Part shown: positions 12,315 to 23,322 of the stretch, piece after piece
Layout of the letters: each line of letters starts with the position of its first letter
Numbering within the stretch: position 1 is the first letter of the stretch
Source: Lama glama
Lineage: Eukaryota
Length of the DNA stretch: 64,000 nucleotides
Direction: 5' to 3'
NCBI GenBank assembly: GCA_028534125.1
Contig: CM052817.1
Span: forward strand, 38,442,001 to 38,506,000
Notes under the pieces: model-generated
The model's database searches: none
What the model was told of the DNA's origin: nothing
Seen by the model: only the letters and a program-made list of their open reading frames with translations
Program-made: the position numbers and the translations under genes

Positions 12315-15300
12315 TATGAATCTGTTCAAGATAGGGCATAAAAAGATTGTGAACTCACCACACCCCCACCCACACACAGAGATACAACAAATCTACAAGT
12401 GCTTATGGAATAACTCCCTTGAAAAGATACTTGAAAATTCTATCAACAGAGACTCTACAACAAAATGCAAAACAAACAGCATGGAGGTGGATAGGAGAGG
12501 CAGAGATATAGGCTCACCAAGGAAAAACTCACACCCAGGTTGCAGTAATTGACAATCAGGAGCACAAAGGTACAAATGTTTTCCTTGAGGAGAGAAAAAT
12601 TCAAGCTCCACATCAAGCACCTCAGCCCTAGATCCTTCACAGGAGAGATGAGCCCCCAAAACACCTAGCTTTGAGAACCAACAGGAATTATCTAAGAAAA
12701 CTATAGAACTGTGGGGAACAAAAAAAAATCTGCTCTTAAATGACCCCAACAAAGCCTTGCCTGACGCAAAAAAAACAGTACAAAAACACGAGATTGAAAA
12801 GTGTATGGACAATAGGTTAAGGGGACCCACTTACCAATCTTGAAGAGTCTGCTGGGGAGGCAGGAACAAGTTGGGATGCTCCTCGGGCACTAAGTCGCTG
12901 GCAGAAGCCATTTATGTGATTTCAGGCAACCTCTTTAATACCAACAGTGGCAGGCACAATTTTTAAATTCTCCACATTAACAGTTAGTGGCAGTGAGCAT
13001 GCCACCATGAAAGAATCACCCACTCCTGCACCTAGATCAGTCTCACAGCTCATCAAGCAATAGCCATCACCACCAATACCCCATGGTAACAGTCGCTAAG
13101 CCCCACAGCCAGTCTAAGGGCCGGAATTGCCCACCAGTGCCCCACTGCAGACTCAATCCCACCACAACAAGAAGGAGGACACAACCCACATAGGGACACC
13201 CCTTGAGCATCTGGCTAGGCTGAACAGGCAAGACTGTGCTTCTAAGCCCCACAGGACATCTTCTAAATAGAGCCACTCCTTCAAGACTCGTAGAGATAGC
13301 TGATACTCCTAATACATAGAAATAAACAGAGAGAAATAGGTAAAGTGAGGAGATAGAGGAGTATGTTCCAATCAAAAGAACAAAACAATACCTCAAGAAA
13401 AGAACTAAACAGAATGGTTTACCTGATAAAGAGTTCCAAATAATGGTCACAAAGATGTTCACTGAACATGCAAGAAGAATGGATAAACACAGAACTTCAA
13501 CAAAGAGATAGAAAATATAAGAAAGTACCAAACAGAAATTATAACTTAACTGAAAAATACACTAGAGGGGTTCAACAGCAGAATGGATGAAGTAGAAGAA
13601 CAAATCAGTGAGTTAGAAGACAAAACAATGATACTCACCCAGACCAGCAAAAGGAAAAAGAATTTTTAAAAAATGAAGATAACTTAAGAGACCTTTGGGA
13701 CAACATCAAGCAGAATGACATTCATATTATAGGGGTCACAGAGAGAAGAGAGAGAGAAAGGGCCAGAAAAATTACCTGAAGAAACGGGGGCTAAAAGCCT
13801 CCCTAGGCTGAGGAAGGAAACAAACATCCAGGTCCAGGAAACCCAGAGAGCTTCAAATAAGATAAATCCAAAGGGACACATGCCAAGACATATTATAATT
13901 AAAATGGTAAAAAAAAAAATTAAGAACAAAGAGAGAATCCTAAAAGCGTCATGACAAAAACAACTTGTTATGCACAAGGGAAACCCTATTAGGCTAACAG
14001 CATATTTTTCAGCAGAAATTTTGCAAACCAGAAGACAGTGGCATGACATATTCAAAGTGCTGAAAGAAAAAAGCTTCCAATGAAGAATTTTCTAACCAGT
14101 AAGACTGTCATCCAGATTGAAGAAGAGAGCAAGGGTTTTTCAGATAAGCCAAAGATGAAGGAGTTCATTACCACTAAACCAGCCCTACAAGAAATTTTAA
14201 AGGGATTTCTTTAAGCTGAAAGGAAACAGTATTAATTAATAATAAGAAAACATACGAAAGTAAAAATCCCACTTGGTTAGGCAAGTATATAATAAAGATA
14301 TATTAAAGTATATATAAAGATCATTCACTTAAAAAGCAAGCATGAAGGTTTAAAGACTAAAGTAGTAAAATTACTTAAAATTACAATAATTCAGTAAAGT
14401 CACAGGATACAAAGTCAATACACAGGAATCTGTGGCCTTTCCATGCACTAATAATAAACTATTAGAAAGAGTGATTTACAATCCCATTTACAATTGCATC
14501 AGAAAAATAAAAGAAAATGAAATACCTAGGAATAAATCTAACCAAGGAGATAAAAGACTTATATTTAGAACACAATAAGACACTAATGAAAGAAACCAAA
14601 GATGACACAAACTAATGGAAAGATGTTCCAAATTCATGGACAGGAAGAATTAATACTGTCAAAATGTCCATGCTACCCAAAGTAATACACAGATTCAATG
14701 CAATCCCTATCAAAATTCCAATGGTATATTTTACAGAACTAGAATAAATACTTCTAAAATTTATATAGAACCACAAAGACCTCAAATAGCCAAAGCAATC
14801 TTGAAAAAGAACAGCTAGGCTAGAGGTGTCACGTTCCCTGATTTCAAACTATACCACAAAACTACAGTAATCAAAATAGTTTGGTACTGGCACAAAAAGA
14901 CACAGATCAATGGAACAGAATTGAGATCCAAAAATAAATCCACAGATATATAGTCAGTTAAATTACCTCAGAGGAGCAAAGAACACACAATGGACAAAGG
15001 ACATTCTCTTCAATAAATGGTATTGGGAAAACTGGACAGCCACATGCAAAAGAATGAACCTAGACCATCTTATTCATACAGAAAAATTAACTCAAAATGA
15101 ATTAAAGACTTGAGTGTAAACCCTGAAATCATACAATTCTTAGAAAAAACACAGGCAGTAACTATTGACTTTGGTCTTAGTTATGTTTTTGTGGATCTGA
15201 CTCTAAAACTAAAGGAAACAAAAGGAAAATTAATCAAATTGGACTGAAACAAACTAAAATGCTCCTGCACATTGAAAATAAAATCATCACAAAAATGAAA

Positions 15301-15464
15301 AAAGCAACCTAGTGAAAGGGAGAAGATACTTGTAAATTATATACATATATATAATCCAAAATATATAAAGAACTCATTAACTCAACAACAACAACGAAAA
15401 ACCCAGACAACTTGATTTAAAAAATGGGCAGAGGATCTGAACAGATATTTTCCCAAAGAAGATA
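12315..15464 (+). mobile_element. L1 with 5'UTR and degenerate ORF1, lacking the EN and most of the RT, followed by the ORF2 3' part; runs into the gap
   Basis: 5'UTR-like start caagatagggcata...gaactcacc; ORF1-like ~13330-14214; abrupt jump at ~14390 to ttcagtaaagtcacaggatacaaagtcaata. Confidence 0.9.
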
Positions 15465-15964
15465 NNNNNNNNNNNNNNNNNNNNNNNNNNNNNNNNNNNN
15501 NNNNNNNNNNNNNNNNNNNNNNNNNNNNNNNNNNNNNNNNNNNNNNNNNNNNNNNNNNNNNNNNNNNNNNNNNNNNNNNNNNNNNNNNNNNNNNNNNNNN
15601 NNNNNNNNNNNNNNNNNNNNNNNNNNNNNNNNNNNNNNNNNNNNNNNNNNNNNNNNNNNNNNNNNNNNNNNNNNNNNNNNNNNNNNNNNNNNNNNNNNNN
15701 NNNNNNNNNNNNNNNNNNNNNNNNNNNNNNNNNNNNNNNNNNNNNNNNNNNNNNNNNNNNNNNNNNNNNNNNNNNNNNNNNNNNNNNNNNNNNNNNNNNN
15801 NNNNNNNNNNNNNNNNNNNNNNNNNNNNNNNNNNNNNNNNNNNNNNNNNNNNNNNNNNNNNNNNNNNNNNNNNNNNNNNNNNNNNNNNNNNNNNNNNNNN
15901 NNNNNNNNNNNNNNNNNNNNNNNNNNNNNNNNNNNNNNNNNNNNNNNNNNNNNNNNNNNNNNNN
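15465..15964. other. Assembly gap (500 N)
   Basis: Run of n. Confidence 1.
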
Positions 15965-16599
15965 TCATTTTTCCAAGGTACAAATTTAATTTCTTTAAAA
16001 CCATTGCAGAAAGATTTTTCTGACTGCTGAACTCTGAATTGCAGCTATTTTATTTTAAGCTACTCATCCTTGTATGACTTACTTTGGAAGTATTTATGAT
16101 TTAGGAATTTCAGACAAGTCTTAGGATGCAACCCTCACAGATATCTCCCACATCATTTCTTGTCACCGTCTTCCAAGCCTCACTCACAACTACTACAGTA
16201 CATACATACCATTTAGTCTCAGTCATACATTACAAATTAAAGACCTTCAACCTTTCTCCACCATCTCATGCCTACATCCTTTTACAATAGAAAGTCATTT
16301 AAAAGATTTAAACAGAGAAATAGCATGAACAGAACAATGTTTCATAAAGGACATTTTGAAAGGTTAGTTTCTAATTAGGTTTAGTGAAGTAGCTTTCTGC
16401 CATGCTCTCATTGTTCCACGAGCATATCTGCCAAAAATTTCAGGGACAACAAAACACACATCTTCTCCATCCAAATTTTGAACTCTTTTTTAACTATTTA
16501 TCCTTTTCAAGGTGCTTAAAATTAAATGATTCTACTATTTTCAATAACATCATTAGAAACTTTCTCTTCTAGGAAAGAAAGATGGGAACAGATTTTTTT

Positions 16600-17615
16600 C
16601 TTCTGAAAAAAATGTTAATGGACAAAATATATGGCATGATAATTCTCAAGATATTGGACATCAGACAATAAAAAAAAACAGCAATTCTAAGAGATAAGAA
16701 ACAAAGCTAACCCTACAACCATCTCAGCTTAGTGCCTAGAGAGTTTTACAGACCACAAGTCAAGAGAGGGGCACTTATGCCTGATAGACTCGTAAGATAA
16801 GATGACACTGGGACTTCAGGGAGGCCAAGGCAGCTAGAATGCATATAGGGAAAGAGACAAGAGAGTTGCAAAAACAGAGTATCAAAATCTGAGGAGCACC
16901 CCCCTCATGTATTCAGCTGAGCATAAGTGTCAGGAATCTACCCAAGGCCAAGGAAACATCCAGAAAGACTAGAGGGGAAAAAAAAATGCAAGAGTTCACA
17001 GAGGGCCACAAATCATTTCTGGATCTACCAGACAGAACTAAAAACCTTGCAAATCACAGGACATTCATTGACTATAATATTCGGAAGGATTTTTGCCTCA
17101 GTAGTGGGGTAAACCAGCTCTAGAGTAAGTACAGCTCTAGTTCTACCTAACAAACCTTAAGAGCAAGACTCAAAGAGATCAAATTGTTTCCAAGTATATT
17201 TACTCTGTCCCAGAATAAAACTCAACAGTAATTTTAGGAGTACAAAAATATGCAGCACCCAACAAGGTATAAAATTCACAGTGTATGGCATCCAATTAAA
17301 AAATCAGCAAGCATATAAAGAAACAAGAAAATTTCATCCATAATGAGTAGGAAAAAAGTCAATCATTCGGAATTGATCTAGAAATTACAGAGATGATAGA
17401 AATAGTAGACAAGGGCAATAAAAGTTATAACTCATTCCATACGTTCAAGAAGCTGGAAGGATTGAGCATGATAATAGAGCACATGGAAGATATAAAAATG
17501 CACTCAAATCAAACTGCTAAAGATGAGAACTAGTAAGCTTGCAAAGGAAAATACAGAAACCACTGTAAATATACAGACACAAATACATTAAAAGCAAAAG
17601 GACCAAAGGAAATTA
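16600..17615 (+). mobile_element. Old L1 5' region / ORF1 start fragment (L1M type)
   Basis: Typical old-L1 5' motifs: ttctcaagatattggacatcagac, cagcacccaacaaggta-aaattcacagtgtatggcatccaat, cagagatgatagaaatagtagacaagg. Confidence 0.75.
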
Positions 17616-17894
17616 AGACATTCATCATTTTTATAACATTTTTGCTTTGATCAAGAAATCATTCTTGATCAAAAATGTATAACCCTTCAAAAGTTCACAA
17701 AATGCTCAGGTTTTGCTTTAACTATTACTCAGTGTTTCAAAAACAATAAAACAATGGACGCAAACTCATCACCTCATAATCCTAGTTTTCTTTGTGATAG
17801 ATTAGCAAATTAGGCATCTGTTCACATCCTATGAAAACTTTCAACAAGAGAATTCAGTGGAACTAGGAAACCTAATGTCCATTCAGAAGTACAC

Positions 17895-17926
17895 CTTATG
17901 CGACATTTTGGCAGATGCTTTGCAAA
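17895..17926 (-). CDS. Candidate 32-nt microexon 3 (FAKHLPKCRI(R))
   Basis: Acceptor gactcacttttgtacattcag with branch-like ctcac; moderate donor AAG|gtgtac; phase 0->2. Confidence 0.3.
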
Positions 17927-18451
17927 CTGAATGTACAAAAGTGAGTCAATTTCCCTTTATTATTCATAAACATTGTGTAAAACTAGACATTTTGCTGTTT
18001 ACCAATCTTGATTTATAATTGTATGCACAATATATGGATTTACATAACCCTATACTACTCAATTACAAATTAAGTAGACAAACATTAAATGTCATTGTAA
18101 GAAAAAAATATAATTAACAGTAATCTCTCCAACAAGAAATATTTAAGCTTATAACAAAGATGTTGTAAGAAGAGTATTGTATTTTATCAAATAATAATTT
18201 ACAGAGATCTAGGATGACAGATAGACACAGTATTATAATTTACAAGTATGAATATAATTACATATACATTCTAGACTATTTCAAAATTTGTTTCTTTAGG
18301 TTTTAGCTCTAAATAAAATGCTTTCAGAAAATGATTAAATAATATTTTCTCACTACAATCACAATTTTGTAGTGACTGGAAAATTAAAATTAGAGGACCT
18401 AAGGTATCAGTAGACTAAGAACTCTGTCCGAGGTTCCATGAAGAGTTAATT

Positions 18452-18575
18452 AGTTCACTTGTTTATTCATTCATTCAAATATTTACTAAAGCCTACCACA
18501 TACAAGATATTCTGCTAAGAACTAGAGCAACAAAACTGAATAAAAAACAGTCTTTCCAATCAATGAGTTGACATC
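18452..18575 (-). mobile_element. L2 3' fragment
   Basis: ttcattcattcaaatatttactaaagcctacc...ctgctaagaactagag. Confidence 0.7.
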
Positions 18576-18937
18576 TGCTATAGATTGAATGTTTGTGTCT
18601 CCCCAAAATTTATATGTTAAAACTTTAATCCTCAACATGATGGTATTTGAAGATGGGGCCTTTGAGTGGGTAATTAGGTCATGAGGCTGGAGCCCTTATG
18701 ATGAGATTAGTGGCCTTACAAGAAGAAACTCAATAGAACCATCTTCCTCTTTTTGCTCTCCTCCATGTGAGGATGAAATGAGAAGAGGGTTGTCTATTAA
18801 GCAGCAAGAGTGTCCTCACCAAATCTGCTGGTGCCTTGATCTTGGATTTCCCAGTCTCCAGAACTGTGAGAAATACATGTTTGCGGTTTAAGGCACCCAG
18901 TCTATAATAATTTGTATAGTGGACCAAACTAAGAAAA
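18576..18937 (+). mobile_element. MaLR solo LTR (MLT1A/MLT1A0-like)
   Basis: Starts tgctatagattgaatgtttgtgtctccccaaaatt; contains gccttgatcttggatttcccagtctccagaactgtgagaaata; approximate 5-bp TSD acatc/acata. Confidence 0.9.
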
Positions 18938-19161
18938 ACATAAAATAGATGTAAATAAAAATTAAATCTCATGGATTTTATATTTTAGTCTTTTATCATT
19001 TTAATCCTAATTGCTATACTCTTCAAAGAAGCCTATAATATTATTTTCTCCACTGGTAATCACAGCCGATCATCATAATTTTGGTTAAAAGAATAACATA
19101 GAACAAAGTATCCAGTAATGAATAAAATACCAGTAATTATTATTGATTTTCTTATTTTAAC

Positions 19162-19576
19162 TATATTAGGTTAGACTACGTTGTACTCAAAAAAGACCAT
19201 AAATTTATATTGGCTCAAATGCAATAGAAGTGTATTTCTTGATCATGAGATAGTATTGGATGTGTAGGTAGGACAATCTTACTCTACAGTCATTCACAGA
19301 TGCATGTGACAGAGGTTCTGCCATCATGGCAGCTTCCAAGGTCACCTTGGACATCATCTCTATTCTTGACAGTTGAATAAAAAAAAACAGATGGAAGATA
19401 CTGGTAGGAGGATTTTAGAGGCCAAACCAATTCATATTACTTCTTACAATTCATTGACTTGAACTTAAGCACACGATTACTCCTGATCACAAAGGAGGCT
19501 GGAAAGTTTCATCTAGCTGTACACACAGGAAGAAGAGAACAGACATTTGGATGAGCATCTGGGAGTCTCTTCCACA
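19162..19576 (-). mobile_element. Old MaLR solo LTR (MLT1J/K/L-like)
   Basis: aaaggaggctggaaagtttcatctagctgt...gtctcttccaca terminus. Confidence 0.65.
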
Positions 19577-20127
19577 TCAATCAAGAGGTTACTTTCCATT
19601 AAATAAAAATTAAATTGTGAATCAGAGTGGCCTTGAATAAAGTCAATTTATTAATAAACTATTTTCACTTCTGGAAATAATTTGGGATATTTCACAGTAA
19701 TAATTATTTCATATGCAAACATTTAGAACTATTAATGGCATGCTATTTCTTTGTTTCTAAACATATTCCAATAACATATTAATTTAATAGTTCATCATAA
19801 ATTTCCTAAAAACATCCCCCCTTAATTTCTTTTTTCAGTGAAGTTACAGAGGGAGTGGGTTTTTACTCAAACCAATGTAAATTTAAATCCCTTTTTTTTC
19901 ACTATCCAGTATTGTCTCTGGTAAAATATTTAACTTTTTGAGACTTGATTTACTGATTTTTTTTCTTCATGATAAAACATTTACATGATGGAATTGTTAA
20001 ACTGAGTGAGTTGTATTTATGTAGAGTAGTATGAAAAATATGAAGCCACTGACATTCATGATAAATGTTCTGGAAATAATAATGGCCTTTCTATTTAGGT
20101 CCCTCATCATTTTACATCTTTTGTTTA

Positions 20128-20992
20128 GTTTTTCAATTGTGGTAAAATATACGTAAGATTTAGCATTTTATCCATATTTAAGTGTACAATTCAGTAGCAC
20201 TAAGTACATTCAGATTGTTGTACAACCATCACCATGATCTCCAGAATTTTTTCATAATACTAAAATGAAACTCCATACCCATTAAATAATAATTCCCTAT
20301 CGCTCTTTTCCCCTTTCTCCTCATAATTACTAGTCTACCTTCTGTCTCTATAAATTTGACTATTCTAGGTATTTCATAGAAGTGGAATCATGATTCACTT
20401 TGCTTCCCTTCTCATTTCTTTTTATGTATATTCCATAGATATTTTCTTTGTGGTTACAGTGAGGATTACATTTGAAATGGATATCAACTTAACTTCAACT
20501 TCTTTCAAAAACTCAACTCTTACATTGCTCCACCCCCAACTTTAGATTATCAATGCACAAATCACATCTTCATAAATTGTGCACTCATTAACAAAGGTTA
20601 ATAACTCTTTTTATGAGTTTGTCTTTTAAGTCTTGTAGAAAATAAAAAGTGGAGTTAGTTATAAACCAAAATTACAATAACACTGGTTTTTATGTTTATT
20701 CACATAGTAAACCTTTACATCCTCATATGGCTTTGAGATACTGGATAGTATCCTTCAGCATTTCCTGTAAGGTAGATCTAGTGGTAATAAACTCTCTTCA
20801 GCTTTTGTTTATCTGGAAACATCTTAATTTCTTCTTCATTTTTGAAGGACAGTTTTGCTAGGTATAGAATTCTCGGTTGAAATTAATTTTTTTCAGCACT
20901 GTTAGTGTATCAGCCCACTGTCTTCTCCCCTTCTAGAGTTCTGCTAAGAAATTTGCTGATAACTTTATTGAGGAACACTTGTAAGTGACAAG
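20128..20992 (-). mobile_element. L1 fragments: 3'UTR (20128-20392) directly joined to the ORF1/inter-ORF region
   Basis: ttgtggtaaaatatac...aagtgtacaattcagtagcactaagtacattca; ttcatttttgaaggacagttttgctaggtatagaattct. Confidence 0.85.
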
Positions 20993-21182
20993 CTGTCAGG
21001 ATGTGATAGCTATCAAGTACATCTCTCTCTTCTGGAAGAGAGTAATTTACTATTACTAGATTAAACTCCTATTGATGAAGTTTGTAATTTTATAACTAGT
21101 TTTTAATAAATTCAATTATAGTCACCTCATAGCCATATGCCTAAAAAATAGAATCAATGTACAATAACTAACACTCATTTCC

Positions 21183-21261
21183 ACTTTTTCTGTGTCCCTG
21201 CTGCTTCCAGGATAATTTTCCTTTATCCTACTGCCTGTTAAAGTCCTACTGCCTGTTAAAG
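21183..21261. repeat. 35-bp exact copy of 21904-21938 next to an 18-bp tandem duplication
   Basis: actttttctgtgtccctgctgcttccaggataatt at 21183 and 21904; tcctactgcctgttaaag twice at 21226 and 21244. Confidence 0.95.
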
Positions 21262-21905
21262 TGTTCTGATTTTCTCTCAAAGGTTTCTAATTAGCCCCTG
21301 CCAGCAGAATCCTTCTGCTTATTTTCTTGCCTTTTATGTCACCCACTGGCATTGCAATTTGAGATTTATTTTAATTTAACACTACATGTTTTCTAAGTTA
21401 GGTTGTAATTTAGCTCAAAACATAGAGACTGTTATCTCGAATCATAAAAATATTTGTACTAATCATGGCATTAGAGATCATACAGATCAATTCCTTCACG
21501 GTCCAGATGTGGACATGATAAAGTGGATTAATGTTATTCAGCTGGTTACTTGTAAAGTCATAATATAACAAGCCCCTTTCCTGATAGTCTCATGCTCTTT
21601 TTATTATTTTATAATTCTTTTATCTGTTACCTAATTACTCTGAAAAAAACTAAATTAAACTATATAGTATGGTCACTGTCATGGTGATACTAAAAATGTT
21701 CAACAACCTTGTGGTTCCAGATTCTAACCCTTTAGATGTAGAGTGTAGAGGTTAGTTCAGAAGAAGAAACGAGATAGTTGGGGATGGGGAACACCCATGT
21801 GAATCAGGGCAGTGGCTATTTACCAACCAGTATGGATGTATTTCAATATGGTAATAGCAGAACTAGGGCAAACTAGCTTCTTGTAAGATCAGGTCATTTC
21901 CTAAC

Positions 21906-21946
21906 TTTTTCTGTGTCCCTGCTGCTTCCAGGATAATTGTCCAAAC
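21906..21946 (-). CDS. Candidate 41-nt exon 2 ((G)LDNYPGSSRDTEK)
   Basis: Weak acceptor catattctag, donor AAA|gttagg; phase 1->0. Surrounding DNA is L2-like. Confidence 0.25.
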
Positions 21947-22003
21947 CTAGAATATGTTTTTTATAAATCTAGTCTTTTATGAAAAAACTGTAAAGCAATT
22001 TAT

Positions 22004-22427
22004 TTAGCAACCCCTCCTGCTTTAGGAAGCTGATGGGCAAACTCGTTGCTAAGCAACAATTTCTTGTAGCAACAAAAAAATGAACCAGTCACTTTTTCTT
22101 TCAGCAACAAAAAACAAAGCCTTAGGTCTACAGAGAACTGACTAAAACCATGTCTGGAGACCGTCACTGGGGTCTCTTATGAAGACTGATCATAATTAGA
22201 TAATTAAAATTTAATTGTATTCAAGGACACAAAGGAGAACCTGCAGGAGACCTTATCACATCATAAACTATGAGAGAAACAACATTTACGCAAAACTACA
22301 AGGGACGAACAGTTAAAAATCACCTTCTTTTCTAATACTTTGTATGACCATATTAGTATGTTAGAAATACTATACTATAAAAGCTGAGATACAGAGAGGT
22401 ATATCAGGGGTTATGTTGCCATAGGAG
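22004..22427. promoter_or_regulatory. Cluster of RFX X-box motifs (candidate cilia/spermatid-type promoter or enhancer)
   Basis: Palindromic GTTGCTAAGCAAC at 22045-22057; GTTGCCATAGGAG at 22415-22427; half-sites (T/C)AGCAAC at 22005, 22067 and 22102. Confidence 0.55.
22324..22351 (-). CDS. Candidate first coding exon (MVIQSIRKE(G))
   Basis: ATG at 22351 in strong Kozak context (aatATGG) with an in-frame upstream TAA; donor AAG|gtgatt; X-box 64 bp upstream. Confidence 0.3.
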
Positions 22428-22511
22428 GAATAAAACATATCTTTCTTGAGCATCCATTACGGTTAGCAGTAGGAAAACTCTTACATTTATTTCTGGGTAA
22501 AAATAAATATA

Positions 22512-22651
22512 GGGGGAGGATATAGCTCAGTCGTGGAATACATGCTTAGCATGCACAAGATCCTGGGTTCAATCCCCAGTACTGCCACTTGAAAAATAAA
22601 TAAGTCAATCAACCTAGTTACATCCCCCCCCAAAAAAAAACAAAATAAAAA
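22512..22651 (+). mobile_element. tRNA-derived SINE (camelid Vic-1-like)
   Basis: gggggaggatatagctcagtcgtgg (A box)...gggttcaatccccagtac (B box); C-run and A-rich tail; approximate TSD aaaataaatata/aaaacaaattata. Confidence 0.9.
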
Positions 22652-22819
22652 CAAATTATATCATAAGATATATCATTGAACAGTATATGAAATCACACAC
22701 ATTTTTAAGGAAACACGAGACAAAGAAATTTTACAACTATGGAGTGACAGTTTGGATTATGTCTTCATCTTAGACTTCCTGGAGGTAGGAGCCATACTTT
22801 TTGACTGTTCTCTATTCTA

Positions 22820-23322
22820 GTTATTTCAGTTATCTATATCTGTATAGAAACCACTCCAAACTTACCAATTTAAAATAAAAAAGCTTTGTTAATTCTCACA
22901 ATTCTATGAGTTGTCAATTTGAGCAGGTCTTTCAGTCTCACATGGGATCTCTGATGTAGCTGGAGAGCCCAAGACAGCCTCGCTCACATGTGGCAGTTGG
23001 TGTTGGCTATCCACTGGGAAGCCATGGTTCTCCTGCATTTGTCTTCTCATTTTCAATAGGCTGGTCTGGTTTCTTCACAGGATAGTTCTAATAAATAAGA
23101 GTAAAAGCTGCAAGACCTCTTAAGTCTTAAGTCTAAAGTTTCAGAACCTACACTTTGTCCTTTGTGCCACACTGCTAGTCAAAGCAAGTTACAAAGCCAG
23201 CCCAGATTTAACATCGTAGAAACAGATTCCACTTCTTGCACAGAGGAGCAACCAGGCCACAATGCAAAGGTGCATGGATACTGAGAGCTGTGATTCATTG
23301 TATCATTGCAACAATCTACTCT
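22820..23322 (-). mobile_element. MaLR solo LTR (MLT1F/G/H-like)
   Basis: accactccaaactta..., ctcacatgtggcagttggtgttggct, gtcaaagcaagttacaaagccagcccagatt. Confidence 0.75.

Noticed and set aside
12393..14055. Minus-strand ORFs of 123-154 aa
   Set aside because: They are antisense to the L1 5'UTR/ORF1; A-rich L1 sequence commonly leaves such frames open.
17888..17941. Plus-strand 54-nt exon (KYTLCDILADALQTECTK, donor gtgagt) overlapping candidate exon 3
   Set aside because: Weak acceptor and no partner exons on the plus strand; not excluded.
22512..22590. Functional tRNA gene (also 50981-51055)
   Set aside because: Degenerate cloverleaf, SINE tail and TSDs indicate a SINE.
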